A stretch of DNA of 64,000 nucleotides from Waterburya sp. (GTDB lineage: Bacteria > Cyanobacteriota > Cyanobacteriia > Cyanobacteriales > Xenococcaceae): positions 4,960,001 through 5,024,000 of the forward strand of contig CBDCJV010000002.1 of the NCBI GenBank assembly GCA_965217895.1. Reading direction: 5' to 3'. The notes under the pieces are model-generated. The model saw nothing but the letters and a program-made list of their open reading frames with translations, was not told the origin of the DNA and searched no databases. Within the stretch, counting starts at the first letter, position 1. The number at the start of each line of letters is the position of its first letter. Below, piece after piece: positions 41,481 through 53,391 of this stretch. The translations under genes and the position numbers were made by a program.

Positions 41481-41750
41481 CTAAAAAGCTTGAATCCATT
41501 CTTTTATTTGATATTCAGTCCAAATACCATTTTGCCAATAGGGGTCAGACTCTACTAAATGGCGAACAGTTTCTTGATTGTCGGCTTCGTAGATACCAAA
41601 AACCTGAGTATTGTCTTTGGTTGGTCCTAAAGTAATTAGAATTCCCTGCTCTTTTTGACCGCCAAGACCATCCAAATGCGCTTGACGGTAGGGACTACGC
41701 TTTTCTAAGGCATTTTCACAATAGCTTCCCCACATAATATATTTGGGCAT
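41481..41750 (-). CDS. YciI family protein
   Basis: R..HL, GPT and DPYW motifs. Confidence 0.85.
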   Translation of the reverse strand: MPKYIMWGSYCENALEKRSPYRQAHLDGLGGQKEQGILITLGPTKDNTQVFGIYEADNQETVRHLVESDPYWQNGIWTEYQIKEWIQAF

Positions 41751-41890
41751 AGTATTTTCAATTTGGTATTTAACCTTACTATTATTGACATAAATCTGCC
41801 TCTCAATCTTGATGACCGCGATTTATTTGACACAGATAATGCTGATTTCTTATTCCCACACTGCCTTAAAATTCTCTTAACTCTTATTAT

Positions 41891-42868
41891 TTATCTGGCT
41901 GAACAAGTTCCTTCTAACTTTTTGTGGCGACAACAGTACAAAGTTAGTAGTAAAAACAAACCTGTCCCTGTTAAATACTTAATTAAACTGGGAATTGTAA
42001 GACTAGGCGAGAAAAAACCTTCAATTGTTCCTGCAATAATTAACATAGGAATGATGCCAAATAATAACTGTGCAGCTTTAGTGCTGTTTGACTTGAGGGC
42101 ATCAATACGGCGATACTTACCAGGAAAAATCATGGCTTTGCCAATTAGTAATCCTGCACCTCCTGCAAAAAAGATAGCAGGTAATTCTAATGAACCGTGA
42201 GGAAAAACAAACGCCCAAAAAGGGTATGCTAAATTATTCTTGCCTACTAAAGTCGCTATCGTACCAATAGATAAGCCATTGCTTGCCATCAGAAAAATGG
42301 TATATAGTCCTGCGGTAATTCCGCCAGCGATCGCCGCAAAGGAAACAGAAAGGTTATTAATGGCGATGCTGCTAGAGGCTAAAGGTTCAACTCCTACAAT
42401 TGAACCTGTCCAGAGTTCGCCATCTTCTTGAACCTTATTAATTAAATGCTCAGGGACAGTAATAGCAATGAAGGTTGGATCTTGCCAAGCGTACCACCAA
42501 GCAGTTATACCCGTGAGGAAAAATATCCCAGTGGCGATCGCAATATACTGCCAAGTTTCTTGTACAATCTGCGGAAATCCCCATAGATAAAATTCTTTTA
42601 CCTGTTGCCATTCCTGACGTTTTGACCCCTGATAAACTTGGTTATAGCCACGGGAAGTAAGTTTTTGCAGATCTTGAATAAGGATATTACCGACTTTGTT
42701 TGTCCTTGCTCTGGCTAAATCTGCGGACACAGAGCGATACAGACTGGCTAAATCTTTAATTTCTGATGCTGATAAAGACTTTATGCCTTTAGTTTCTGCT
42801 AGCTGCAATAGATTATCTAAATGCTTCCAGTTTTGCTCTCTCCTGGCAATCCAACGTCGAACATTCAT
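41891..42868 (-). CDS. SpoIIM (DUF95) family membrane protein
   Basis: LYR.VSADLARA, PHGSLEL and AGTIEGFFSP. Confidence 0.85.
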   Translation of the reverse strand: MNVRRWIARREQNWKHLDNLLQLAETKGIKSLSASEIKDLASLYRSVSADLARARTNKVGNILIQDLQKLTSRGYNQVYQGSKRQEWQQVKEFYLWGFPQIVQETWQYIAIATGIFFLTGITAWWYAWQDPTFIAITVPEHLINKVQEDGELWTGSIVGVEPLASSSIAINNLSVSFAAIAGGITAGLYTIFLMASNGLSIGTIATLVGKNNLAYPFWAFVFPHGSLELPAIFFAGGAGLLIGKAMIFPGKYRRIDALKSNSTKAAQLLFGIIPMLIIAGTIEGFFSPSLTIPSLIKYLTGTGLFLLLTLYCCRHKKLEGTCSAR

Positions 42869-43145
42869 TTAGTACGCCTAATGTAAATTGCTTTGGTTCA
42901 AATTAAATAGTTTAAAGCTATTAGCTGCTAGCTTCTTGGCGCACCGCTTTTAGCCTTTAAAGTTGTTTTTTAAATTACTTTTTTTATAACCTGAGTTTCA
43001 TAAAGAAAGGTTAATTCATCCTTACTCATAAAAAAAGAGAATGACGAGAGAAATCGTTCTCATTCATCATCCTCTAAAGTATTTATAGTTACTGTAGACG
43101 ATGACTTTTACCGTGTCCACAATCAATAACTAAGCTTTTTAATAT

Positions 43146-43487
43146 TTAGAAACGGCTGTTTTGGCTGTTAGGCTTGTAAACAATAAAGCTAACTGTTTGA
43201 CATTGCTTAATGTTGTCAAAACCAACAACGCGAATGTAACAGTCGGAATATTCAGAACGACATTCACGAACTTCGTTTAATACTTCTTGAGAGCTACGAG
43301 CATCAAATAAAGGTAGCTTCCATAAAGTCCAGTGGTGCAATTTAGGAGTAGGATCTTTTTCAAACTCTACACCAGGAATATAGCCTTGGTCGATCATGTG
43401 ATCAATTTGTTTGGCAATTTGCTGATCGGTTAAAGGAGGCAAAAAAGAAAGGGTTTCGTAACGACGCTCTTTAGGTAAAGTTTTCAT
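43146..43487 (-). CDS. rbcS: RuBisCO small subunit
   Basis: [19 protein letters not shown] and YIRVVGFDN. Confidence 0.98.
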   Translation of the reverse strand: MKTLPKERRYETLSFLPPLTDQQIAKQIDHMIDQGYIPGVEFEKDPTPKLHHWTLWKLPLFDARSSQEVLNEVRECRSEYSDCYIRVVGFDNIKQCQTVSFIVYKPNSQNSRF

Positions 43488-43511
43488 AGCTTATCTTTGC
43501 GTATATTTGTT

Positions 43512-43916
43512 TTAATCAGAATCTTCTGTTTCCCCAGTCGCTTGGGTTGCATCCAGGTTAGAAGTTTCAGTTTGCGATCGGGTAAGACGTTCCAAAAGAT
43601 GACGACGATGAGCCAAATTATCTTGCTTTACCTTTGAAGTAACTATTTCAGGGATAAACTCTAAAGTCTGCTCTGCCATAGTAGCGCGAACGGTCATTAT
43701 TCGCAGAGCAAGTTCCTTTCCTCGTGGCTCTGACATAATTTCGTCGATATAGGCTTCTGCATCTCTCAGCTTGCCCCCCGAAGAATATTGTCTCAACCAA
43801 ATGGCTTCTCCTGGATTGGTTTCGGCTAATTGTTCAATAATTAGCATTACCGCTTTATAAGTAAGATAATTTTGAACTATCTTTGCCGTATCTTTTGCAA
43901 TTTCTTTTGGTTGCAT
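43512..43916 (-). CDS. rbcX: RuBisCO assembly chaperone RbcX
   Basis: IAKDTAK..YLTY.A, LALRIMTVR and RRHLLERLT; lies between rbcL and rbcS. Confidence 0.95.
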   Translation of the reverse strand: MQPKEIAKDTAKIVQNYLTYKAVMLIIEQLAETNPGEAIWLRQYSSGGKLRDAEAYIDEIMSEPRGKELALRIMTVRATMAEQTLEFIPEIVTSKVKQDNLAHRRHLLERLTRSQTETSNLDATQATGETEDSD

Positions 43917-44190
43917 TTAGGGCGCATCATCAATTAGAAAAAAAGTACTTTTTTCGCTATTTTAACGACCTACTTCGTCGAAAAATAACCTCCGTAGCTC
44001 TGCTATGCAGAACATTTTTCTCCTTGTATCTCGCTAAAATTGCTTCAAAAGCATCTTCTCCTCCAAATGATGACACGCCCTAGTTCAGGACAGCTATTCT
44101 GAGATATAAAGACGAGAGATTGTTATCAATTCCTTATTTTTAACCCCAGACTTAACTGTTAGCTGTTCATAAATAACTATTCGCGCTCTG

Positions 44191-45606
44191 TTAGAGGGTA
44201 TCTACAGCGTCAAACTCGAACTTGATTTCTTTCCAAAGTTCACAAGCTGCGGCAAGTTCAGGACTCCAGCGGCACGCTTCACGGATAACGTCGTTACCTT
44301 CGCGAGCTAGGTTGCGTCCTTCGTTACGAGCTTGAACGCAAGCTTCTAAAGCCACACGGTTAGCAGTTGCACCAGGAGCATTACCCCAAGGGTGTCCTAA
44401 AGTACCACCACCAAACTGTAGACAGGAATCATCACCAAAGATTTCTACTAGTGCAGGCATATGCCATACGTGGATACCACCAGAAGCAACAGGCATTACC
44501 CCAGGCATAGAAGCCCAATCTTGGGTAAAGAAGTTACCCCGTGAGCGGTCTTCTTCTACATAGTCTTCACGCATTTGGTCAACAAAACCTAGAGTGATAT
44601 CACGTTCACCCTCAAGTTTACCGACAACTGTACCTGAGTGAAGGTGGTCACCACCAGACATACGTAAACATTTGGCTAGTACGCGGAAGTGAATACCATG
44701 ATTTCTTTGACGGTCAATTACTGCGTGCATGGCGCGGTGAATGTGTAGTAGTAGACCATTTTTACGACACCATTTAGCTAAGGTAGTGTTAGCAGTAAAA
44801 CCACCAGTTAAGAAATCGTGCATAACAATAGGAGTACCAATTTCTTTAGCGAATTCAGCACGTTCCATCATGTCTTCGCAGGTAGCAGCAGTTACATTGA
44901 GGTAATGACCTTTAACTTCATTAGTTTCTGCTTGAGATTTTTCAATTGCTTCTTGGACAAACAAAAAGCGATCGCGCCAGCGCATGAAAGGCTGAGAGTT
45001 AATATTCTCGTCATCTTTGGTGAAATCTAGACCACCACGCAGACATTCATAAACTGCACGACCGTAGTTTTTAGCAGATAAACCTAATTTAGGTTTGATT
45101 GTGCAACCTAGTAAAGGACGACCATACTTGTTTAATAAGTCTCTTTCCACGGTAATTCCGTGAGGAGGCCCTTGGAAAGTTTTCATCAAGGCTACAGGAA
45201 TCCGCAGATCCTCCAAGCGCAATGCACGCAGGGCTTTGAAACCAAAAACATTACCGACTAAAGAAGTAAGAATGTTAGTTACAGAACCCTCTTCAAACAA
45301 ATCCATGGGATAAGCGACAAAACAGAAATACTGATTGTCTTCACCAGGAACGGGTTCAACTTCATAACAACGACCTTTATAGCGATCAAGATCGGTCAAA
45401 CCATCTGTCCATACTGTTGTCCACGTACCTGTAGAAGATTCAGCAGCTACCGCAGCAGCACATTCTTCTGCGGGGACACCAGGCTGAGGGGTCATGCGGA
45501 AACAAGCCAAAAGGTCTGTATCCTTGGGAGTGTAGTCTGGGGTGTAATAGGTCAGGCGATAGTCTTGTACACCAGCCTTAAATCCAGCACCTGTCTTAGT
45601 TGCCAT
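44191..45606 (-). CDS. rbcL: RuBisCO large subunit (Form IB)
   Basis: [10 protein letters not shown] and TIKPKLG; full length. Confidence 0.99.
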   Translation of the reverse strand: MATKTGAGFKAGVQDYRLTYYTPDYTPKDTDLLACFRMTPQPGVPAEECAAAVAAESSTGTWTTVWTDGLTDLDRYKGRCYEVEPVPGEDNQYFCFVAYPMDLFEEGSVTNILTSLVGNVFGFKALRALRLEDLRIPVALMKTFQGPPHGITVERDLLNKYGRPLLGCTIKPKLGLSAKNYGRAVYECLRGGLDFTKDDENINSQPFMRWRDRFLFVQEAIEKSQAETNEVKGHYLNVTAATCEDMMERAEFAKEIGTPIVMHDFLTGGFTANTTLAKWCRKNGLLLHIHRAMHAVIDRQRNHGIHFRVLAKCLRMSGGDHLHSGTVVGKLEGERDITLGFVDQMREDYVEEDRSRGNFFTQDWASMPGVMPVASGGIHVWHMPALVEIFGDDSCLQFGGGTLGHPWGNAPGATANRVALEACVQARNEGRNLAREGNDVIREACRWSPELAAACELWKEIKFEFDAVDTL

Positions 45607-45850
45607 GTTTGGTCATTCCTCCATAAATAAAACGCTTAATTTTTACTTTCCTATAGAGTCACTTATCTTACAGACTCTATTACCGTTAAAAAAAATCAGT
45701 AGAAAGATATCTCGCGGTCTTAAAAAATTTTTGCTCAAGACAGCATTAGCTGCTTCTTTTCGCAATTTCTTATGTTATCAGAATATCACGGATATTAATC
45801 TTTTCTGTGTATTTTGCTCTCGTTTCTAATTTGATTATTTTTTCAATTAG

Positions 45851-45865
45851 ATTAATTAAACTAAT
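45851..45865. promoter_or_regulatory. Putative RbcR (LysR-type) binding site upstream of rbcL
   Basis: ATTAA-TTAAA-CTAAT matches ATTA(G/A)-N5-(C/T)TAAT; AT-rich context lowers its significance. Confidence 0.5.
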
Positions 45866-46209
45866 GAGTTTTTTAAAGCAATCTAAGAATGTTAAGAATT
45901 ATTAATAGTTTCTTTATTAACTTAGCTTATTGCTTTTAAAGTCCGCATCAAATCAATTTTTTACTAAGCATTTTTACTTATTATTACTGTTAGATTAAAA
46001 TTTTCATGTTTTAAAAACTGTTGTTTAGGACTATTTTTCTAAAACAATAGTCATCTTCAATAACAATAGTAAATAATACCTAAAGTATAAAATCGACATC
46101 AGCTAAAAGTTGTGTCGATCTAGTTAAATTTAAATACTATGTACTGTCTTAAAGCGAAGAGCTACAAAACTACAAATTTTTAACAAAGTCAATTCATGTT
46201 AAGCGTATT

Positions 46210-46863
46210 TTATTGACTTGAATTACCAGCATTAGAACTCAAACCTTTGCTGTGAGGAAATAAGGTTACTAAAAGTTCGTTAACGTAAACTTGTCCAACA
46301 ACAGGAGCTTTATTTGGCTTGACAGCAAATTCAACGGATGTTTCTACTCGATCTACTTCTTGAGTGGATGGAGCAGCAGGATTATCTTGCCAAAAATCTT
46401 GACTTGCTGTCTGCTTGGGTTGAGTGGGATTATAACCATTTGCTCGATAACCATTTTTGCTATTTCCTTGGGAGTTGGATTTTTTCTGATTCTCACTCAA
46501 GTTCACTTTACGAGACAGATCGCCAATAATTGAACCAGGCTCAATTACCTTCATTGCCTCAACATCTTCTTGAAAAATTGTGCTAGAAGTACCAACACAA
46601 GCATTATTGCCAATTTTGCTAGCACCAATTATTAAAACTCCCGAACCCAAAATAGCACCATTACCAATTTCAATTGAACCCTGACAGGCATTAATAATTG
46701 CCCCCATACCAACACAAGCATCTGCACCAATGACAATTCGGCACTCAGGAGCAGCTTGTAAGATAACTCCTGATGCCAAGGAAGCAGTAGGGTGAATTTC
46801 AACATCACCGCTAATGCGTATGTCTTTATTTAATACAGGTTGCGGTGGTGGTAAATAAATCAT
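46210..46863 (-). CDS. ccmN: Carboxysome protein CcmN
   Basis: Hexapeptide repeats, linker and C-terminal encapsulation peptide VVGQVYVNELLVTLFPH. Confidence 0.95.
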   Translation of the reverse strand: MIYLPPPQPVLNKDIRISGDVEIHPTASLASGVILQAAPECRIVIGADACVGMGAIINACQGSIEIGNGAILGSGVLIIGASKIGNNACVGTSSTIFQEDVEAMKVIEPGSIIGDLSRKVNLSENQKKSNSQGNSKNGYRANGYNPTQPKQTASQDFWQDNPAAPSTQEVDRVETSVEFAVKPNKAPVVGQVYVNELLVTLFPHSKGLSSNAGNSSQ

Positions 46864-46976
46864 TGGCTAGTATTTTGATTATGGACGCAAGAACAGCTAT
46901 TTTTTCTCTAGCGTATGAGACAAACAACTGCTCTTTTGTCCAATAAAGTAATGAATGCAACCTCTATAGTGGTAAC

Positions 46977-49067
46977 TTACGGACGTTGAATAATAGTTTC
47001 TGCCACTCTTCTTTTGCTTTTAGGATCGATTCCTAACAAGCGGACGTACTCACCATGATGTTCCGCTAAAAGAACTTTCAAAGAAGCAACCACATCTAAC
47101 TCATTGCGACTATCGATAGTCGCGGAGCTTTTCCAAGACTTAGTTTTAAAGCGTCGTTTATCCGCGTGTTCTATGCCAATTTTATAGCCCGCAGCAAGTA
47201 AAGAGCGTACTTCCTGAGTAGCTTCATTACTAATTTGCTTTTGGCTGAAGTCGTTATAATGAGCAGGACGACTATTTTTACTATCATCGTTGGTATAGTT
47301 AGCTACAAAGTAGCCTCTATCCTTTACATTACTATTACTCTGTCTGCCATTGCCGTTACCGTTGCTCTTGGCTTGAGGATTATCACCAGGTCTTTGGATA
47401 ATAGTTTCAGCCACTCTACGCCTAGCTTGAGAATCAATGCCCAGCATACGGACATATTCACCGCTATGTTCTGTCAAACAGTCTTCTAAAGCTGCAACAA
47501 CTTCTGATTCGCGTTTACTTTCAATGGGAGAACAGCTTTTCCAAGATTTGGTTCTAAAACGTCGTTTATCGGCGTGTTCTGAGCCAATTTGATAACCAGC
47601 AGCCAACAAAGAGCGAATTTCTTGAACTATCTCTGAATCTAAACTGCTGCTACTACCGTTGCTGCTATAACTAGCTCTACCACCATTACCATTGCTATAG
47701 TTAGAGCTAGAAGAACTTCTAGAAGACTGTACAGGGGTTTCTCCAGGACGCTGCACAATTATTTCCGCCATTCTTCTTTTGACATGGTTATCAGCAGCAA
47801 CAATGCGAACGTATTCGTTAGGATATTCCGCCATAGTTTTTTCAATAGCATCAAATACCTTGTTGCTACCACCTTGAACTTGCCCAACCGTTAGCCAAGA
47901 TTTGGTTTTAAAGCGACGTTTGCTGGCACGCTCGATACCAATACTACAGCCTTGGGAAACCAAGCTATCAATCTGTTGAGAAGCGTCACCGTTGAGGCTG
48001 CCACTACCATTGGTGCTATGGCTAGAGCGATTTCTGCCACTGCGGTTGCGACCTCGATTATGATTGGCAACATTTCTAATTGTTCCTTCACCTGGAGTAT
48101 CTCCAGGTCGCTGAACGACCATCTCCACGATTCTTCTATTGGCTCTGGGGTCTACGCCAATTACCCTCACGTACTCTCCCTGGTATTCACGAAGTACAGA
48201 ATCCAATTCAGCCATTACATGACTTTCGTTTCGGCTGGCAATTTTCTCGCCAGTTAGCCATGATTTAGTTTTAAAACGACGACTGTTAGCGTGTTCGGTG
48301 CTGATGATACAGCCTTGCGCCAGTAGCGATCGCACCTGGTTACTAATATCTGAACTTAAACTCATATTCTCTACTGATTTTATATAATTATTTTCATTAT
48401 TAACATCAAAGGTCAGATTTTCATCTGCTTCTCTACGTTTGCTAGCTTGTTTCATTTTGGGGTTGATACAGGCATCATTATCGGCACACTGATAGCCAGC
48501 TAAAAGTGCTTCGTTAACTTCGACGACATGGCTGGCAAAAGAGCGATCGCTCTCGATAACATTAGGTAAGCGTTCAGCCTGCTGCTGATTAACAATTACC
48601 GCGCCAGAAGGAACATATTTCCCTGGGGGAATTTCCACATCTTGAATCAAAGCGTGCATCATGACAATGCAGCCATCTCCCACCTTGGCATTAAACACCG
48701 TCGAGCGAAAACCAATAAAGCATTCATCACCGATGTATGCTGGACCATGAATTAACGCCATGTGAGTGATGCAGGTATTCTTACCAATCCAGACAGAATA
48801 TTCATTGCCATCGTCACCAGCTACCCGACCTTTTTCTAAGCCATGAATTACCACACCGTCTTGAATATTAGTGCTTGCACCAATATAAAAAGGCGTTCCT
48901 TCGTCGGCTCTGATTGAGCTTCCTGGGGCAACAAATACGTTTGCTCCTATTCTTACATCTCCGATCAGCCTAGAGAAAGAGTGTACGTAAGCAGTTTTAT
49001 CTACTTGTGGTGTCGCCAGATCCTCAGACCAGGGGGTGGGGGGAGCCGCTTTAGTGCGGACTGCCAT
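46977..49067 (-). CDS. ccmM: Carboxysome scaffold CcmM (gamma-CA domain + 4 RbcS-like repeats)
   Basis: [14 protein letters not shown], and four EH/RA..RRF.TKSW repeats; likely internal start ATG at 48365 (MSLSSD). Confidence 0.97.
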   Translation of the reverse strand: MAVRTKAAPPTPWSEDLATPQVDKTAYVHSFSRLIGDVRIGANVFVAPGSSIRADEGTPFYIGASTNIQDGVVIHGLEKGRVAGDDGNEYSVWIGKNTCITHMALIHGPAYIGDECFIGFRSTVFNAKVGDGCIVMMHALIQDVEIPPGKYVPSGAVIVNQQQAERLPNVIESDRSFASHVVEVNEALLAGYQCADNDACINPKMKQASKRREADENLTFDVNNENNYIKSVENMSLSSDISNQVRSLLAQGCIISTEHANSRRFKTKSWLTGEKIASRNESHVMAELDSVLREYQGEYVRVIGVDPRANRRIVEMVVQRPGDTPGEGTIRNVANHNRGRNRSGRNRSSHSTNGSGSLNGDASQQIDSLVSQGCSIGIERASKRRFKTKSWLTVGQVQGGSNKVFDAIEKTMAEYPNEYVRIVAADNHVKRRMAEIIVQRPGETPVQSSRSSSSSNYSNGNGGRASYSSNGSSSSLDSEIVQEIRSLLAAGYQIGSEHADKRRFRTKSWKSCSPIESKRESEVVAALEDCLTEHSGEYVRMLGIDSQARRRVAETIIQRPGDNPQAKSNGNGNGRQSNSNVKDRGYFVANYTNDDSKNSRPAHYNDFSQKQISNEATQEVRSLLAAGYKIGIEHADKRRFKTKSWKSSATIDSRNELDVVASLKVLLAEHHGEYVRLLGIDPKSKRRVAETIIQRP

Positions 49068-49116
49068 TGCTTTTATTCCTCCTAAATTAACTTCGCCAGC
49101 TTCTCTAAGTAGTCAA

Positions 49117-49225
49117 AAGGCAGCGGTACATCGCCCTGAAAAGGCGTTGCCTTCTTGCTCAATAGCCTTAACGGGGAGACCCCCCGCAACGGCTTTTCGC
49201 GCTGCGCTAACCGCGGAAGGCGGTC
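49117..49225. repeat. GC-rich multi-hairpin insert between ccmL and ccmM
   Basis: Stems AAGGCAGCG/CGTTGCCTT, GGGG-AGA-CCCC and ACCGC/GCGGT. Confidence 0.65.
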
Positions 49226-49248
49226 AATTCCTGCTGTGGATTTAAATC

Positions 49249-49557
49249 TTACAACAGGCGTTCAGCCTCTTTTTTACTATAGAGAGCATTGCGGTCTACA
49301 TTGACCGTATCTATGATGCCGACAATTGTGGCATCAAGTGGTTTGGATTCTTGACCAGCCTCAATACGAGCCGCGCTACCTCGACTCACTAGAACCCATT
49401 CATCAACACCAGCACCAATCAAGTCTCCTGCCACTTCGTATTGAGGTAAAAGCTGCCCTTCTTCATCTATATATTGAACTAAAAGCAACTTAATCCCTCT
49501 CATGCTAGGAGCTTTATGAGTGCTAACTACCGTGCCACGAACTTGGGCTATCTGCAT
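49249..49557 (-). CDS. ccmL: Carboxysome vertex pentamer CcmL
   Basis: MQIAQVRGTVVST..EWVLVSRGSAAR. Confidence 0.97.
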   Translation of the reverse strand: MQIAQVRGTVVSTHKAPSMRGIKLLLVQYIDEEGQLLPQYEVAGDLIGAGVDEWVLVSRGSAARIEAGQESKPLDATIVGIIDTVNVDRNALYSKKEAERLL

Positions 49558-49577
49558 ACCATACTGCCTAAATTAAT

Positions 49578-49916
49578 CTATGGTCTTCTAAGAGGACGAG
49601 GATTGACGCTTTCACGAAACTGTTCTACAGCCTCTGTATAGCGAATAGGTAGAACGTACTCTAGGTTTTCGTGAGGACGGGCAATGATATGAGTAGACAG
49701 AACCTGTCCACCATTAACTCTGGCAACGTTTTCTGTTCCCGCGGATACAGAAGCCTGAACTTCTGATACGTCGCCTCTTACAATTACGGTTACACGACCT
49801 GTACCAATTTTTTCGTAGCCGACTAAAGTGACACGGGCTGCTTTGACCATAGCGTCTGCTGCTTCTACTACCGCGGGGAAACCTAGTGTTTCGATCATTC
49901 CGACTGCAATTGACAT
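49578..49916 (-). CDS. ccmK1: Carboxysome shell hexamer CcmK1
   Basis: BMC domain with a C-terminal extension of about 9 aa. Confidence 0.95.
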   Translation of the reverse strand: MSIAVGMIETLGFPAVVEAADAMVKAARVTLVGYEKIGTGRVTVIVRGDVSEVQASVSAGTENVARVNGGQVLSTHIIARPHENLEYVLPIRYTEAVEQFRESVNPRPLRRP

Positions 49917-50022
49917 TATTTTTAACTCCTGAATTATTTAGTTGGCGACTTAGTAAACTATGGATAAGCTTAATCGCCTTGGTTAATTATCTAGACCACC
50001 AGCCATGGCTGGCGGTTGCTAT

Positions 50023-50334
50023 TTAATAGGTACGAAACTGTTCTACTTCTTCTGTATAACGAATAGGTAGAACATACTCTAGGTTTTCGTGAGGACGAGC
50101 AATAATGTGGGTAGAAAGAACTTGTCCACCATTAACTCTAGTCACGTTTTCTGTACCAGCAGCAACAGAAGCCTGAACTTCTGATACGTCGCCTCTTACA
50201 ATTACGGTTACACGACCTGTACCAATTTTTTCGTAGCCGACTAAAGTGACACGGGCTGCTTTGACCATAGCGTCTGCTGCTTCTACTACCGCAGGAAAGC
50301 CTAGTGTTTCAATCATTCCAACTGCAATTGACAT
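50023..50334 (-). CDS. ccmK2: Carboxysome shell hexamer CcmK2
   Basis: BMC domain of 103 aa; first gene of the operon. Confidence 0.95.
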   Translation of the reverse strand: MSIAVGMIETLGFPAVVEAADAMVKAARVTLVGYEKIGTGRVTVIVRGDVSEVQASVAAGTENVTRVNGGQVLSTHIIARPHENLEYVLPIRYTEEVEQFRTY

Positions 50335-51403
50335 ATTTTTACTCCTTTATAGTTTGGGATTGACCTTGGTGTTTTTGCCAAGGAATCGCCAATTGTGTTT
50401 AATTAACTGTTTTTGGATTGAGACTGAAAAAAGTTTCAACCATTCCTACTGCGATAGGCATTTTCTATCTTTTTCTCTTCAAACCAATTATAAAAAGTGG
50501 GTGAACACAAAAACAAAAAATAACGACCTATTCCTATAGCTTTTGTTGCTATTACAGGCTTGGTGGCAATTATTAAACTTATTTTCTAGTTCATATTGAA
50601 TATGAATTTCTGAAATTTCTCTAAATTTATACTTCAGAACTGTTTACACCGCTCTGACTAAGTAGGCACATTTAGAAAAACTTGTGTTGATTAATTTACC
50701 CATCCATAAACAAGCATAAATAACCGTGACTCCTTTGACAACATAAAACATGATTATATTTTTTAATTTGATTGTTCATGATAATTAATACTTATTTAAA
50801 AAATAGCTGTCTGAAGTTGCCAATAGTCATTTGTCCTGCTAAGCAACTTACTTTTTATAATTTATTTATAATATCTGTTATTAGACCGTTTAAAACCTGT
50901 GTACAAATGTAACTTCAAGAAATATAAAGCTAACTCTTGGGTAAAGAATATAGTCGCTAAAACTTAACCAGGCAGGCTTTTAGTATCAAACGAATAACAT
51001 TAGAGTATAAATACTCAGTAAATAGGTGGTCTGAATTATTCCTGACAAAAATTTGGCACAAACAAACTGTTTAATCTAAATAAGCCTCATTTGCCAAAAA
51101 AGTCAGCCCACGAATAGGGAATAAATTATTTTATTATTTTGATAGTTATCTTGCCAACGCCAGACAGATGGTTGTAAAACTCGAAAAGTTTGAGAGTTTG
51201 CTAAACCCGCCCTAACTTAATTGCTCTGATTAAAGTATTTGAATAAACCCATCGCAAATTTAAATAGTATTTGAGAGCATGATAGCTGGTAAGATAAAAC
51301 TTTAACAAAAGTATTAAATCACCGTTGATGCAGCTAAAAGTTAGCTAATAAAAATACTTAATAACTATAAATTTGGCGTTGTATATTCCTTAAAACAGTT
51401 TTG

Positions 51404-53299
51404 ATGACTGAATTTTTATTTGAAAATTCCTGGATAATTCCTTTATATAGCCTAGTGGGGGCAGTTTTAAGCCTACCTTGGTCTTTGGGAATTATTCGCA
51501 AAACAGGACCCCGCCCAGCAGCCTACCTCAATATTTTGATGACTCTGGTGGGATTTATTCATACCTCATTAATTTTTAACCTGATTTGGAAAACTGAGGC
51601 TCAACAGTTTGTTTTTCATTGGTTGCAGGTTGCCGATTTAGATTTAACCTTATCAATTGAAATATCTCCTGTTAGTTTTGGAGCTTTAGAACTGGTAACG
51701 GGTATTAGTCTTTTGGTACAGATCTATGCCCTGGGCTATATGGAGAAAGACTGGTCTTTAGCACGCTTCTTTGGCCTGATGGGATTTTTTGAAACATCTT
51801 TAGCAGGATTAGCTATTAGTGATGGTTTGCTGTTGAGCTATTGTCTTTTGGAAGCTTTGACCCTTTCTACCTATCTTCTAGTGGGTTTTTGGTATGCCCA
51901 GCCCTTAGTGGTGACTGCTGCTAGGGATGCTTTTTTGACTAAGAGAGTAGGAGATATTGTGCTGTTGATGGGCATAGTAGCTCTTTCTACATACGGACAA
52001 GGACTGAGTTTTTCTCAATTGGATACATGGGTAGAAGTAAATCAGCTAGATTCTACCGTGGCAGCTTTTCTAGGTTTGGCTTTGATTGCAGGACCTATTG
52101 GTAAATGCGCTCAGTTTCCCCTCAATCTTTGGCTAGACGAGGCGATGGAGGGACCAAATCCTGCGGGTATAATGCGTAATTCCATTGTGGTTTCGGCGGG
52201 CGCTTATGTGTTGATTAAGCTAGAACCAGCTACAACTCTTTCACCAGTTTCTGCTTCTGCCTTAATTATTATCGGCACAGTTACAGCAATTGGCACATCT
52301 TTAATGGCGATCGCTCAAATTGACATAAAAAGAGCTTTATCACATTCTACTAGCGCCTATATGGGTTTGGTCTTTATTGCGGTGGGCTTGAGACAGGTTG
52401 ACATTGCTTTTTTGCTCTTGTTTTGTCATGCGGTTTCCAAAGCCCTGCTATTTATGAGTGCGGGGTCAGTCATTCTGACTACCAGCAATCAAAACGTGAC
52501 GGAAATGGGTGGCTTATGGTCAAGAATGCCTGCAACAAGCTTATCGTTTTTAGCAGGAGCGGCAGGATTAATTGGTTTTGCCCCTTTAGGTATGTTCTGG
52601 ACTTATCAACGCTGGTTTAGTGGAGCTTGGGATGTAGACTGGTGGTTATTACTAATTGTAATGTTTGTCAATACTTTTTCAGCTATTAATTTAACCCGTT
52701 TGTTCCGAGTTATTTTTCTAGGCAAACCACAGGTCAAAACTCGTCGCGCGCCTGAAGTTCCCTGGCAAATGGCAGTACCTATGGTGGCTTTAATGGTGGT
52801 TACTATTCTGACTACTTTTGCGCCCCTAGAGTGGTCTTTGTGGTTGAGTCCCAATCGACCTTTAACTCTCGAACAGCCAGAATTAATCAATCAATATGCC
52901 GTGCCGTTGCTCATTGCTTCTGGTCTATTGGGCTGTGTAATTGCTTCAACTATAAAAGTGCGTAAAGCTTGGGCAAGATCTAGCAATTTTACCCTGCGAT
53001 TTTTCCAAGATCTGTTGGCTTATGATTTTTATATAGATAAGCTTTACGAAGTGACAGTAATTGCAGCCGTTTCTACCGTAGCTAAATTTACCTCTTGGGT
53101 TGATCGCTACATAGTTGATGGTGCAGTTAATTTAGTTAGTATCGCCACGATTTTTAGCAGTAATGCCCTAAAATACAACAATACTGGGCAGTCTCAGTTT
53201 TATCTTGCCACGATTGTGATCGGCATTGGACTGATGTTGTGGTCAATGCTTAACGGTCAGTGGTCAATAGTGACTAATTATTGGTCATCGATTATATAG
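51404..53299 (+). CDS. ndhF4: NDH-1 CO2-uptake subunit NdhF4
   Basis: RKTGPRPAAY and WLDEAMEGP; divergent from ccmK and clustered with cupB. Confidence 0.88.
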   Translation: MTEFLFENSWIIPLYSLVGAVLSLPWSLGIIRKTGPRPAAYLNILMTLVGFIHTSLIFNLIWKTEAQQFVFHWLQVADLDLTLSIEISPVSFGALELVTGISLLVQIYALGYMEKDWSLARFFGLMGFFETSLAGLAISDGLLLSYCLLEALTLSTYLLVGFWYAQPLVVTAARDAFLTKRVGDIVLLMGIVALSTYGQGLSFSQLDTWVEVNQLDSTVAAFLGLALIAGPIGKCAQFPLNLWLDEAMEGPNPAGIMRNSIVVSAGAYVLIKLEPATTLSPVSASALIIIGTVTAIGTSLMAIAQIDIKRALSHSTSAYMGLVFIAVGLRQVDIAFLLLFCHAVSKALLFMSAGSVILTTSNQNVTEMGGLWSRMPATSLSFLAGAAGLIGFAPLGMFWTYQRWFSGAWDVDWWLLLIVMFVNTFSAINLTRLFRVIFLGKPQVKTRRAPEVPWQMAVPMVALMVVTILTTFAPLEWSLWLSPNRPLTLEQPELINQYAVPLLIASGLLGCVIASTIKVRKAWARSSNFTLRFFQDLLAYDFYIDKLYEVTVIAAVSTVAKFTSWVDRYIVDGAVNLVSIATIFSSNALKYNNTGQSQFYLATIVIGIGLMLWSMLNGQWSIVTNYWSSII

Positions 53300-53391
53300 T
53301 GATGAAGCTGCTGTGACCGTTAGTCAATTCAATAAAGATCAATTGTTTAAAACATTTAGATTAATCGGTTTTTCCGAAGATCGTCAAAATT

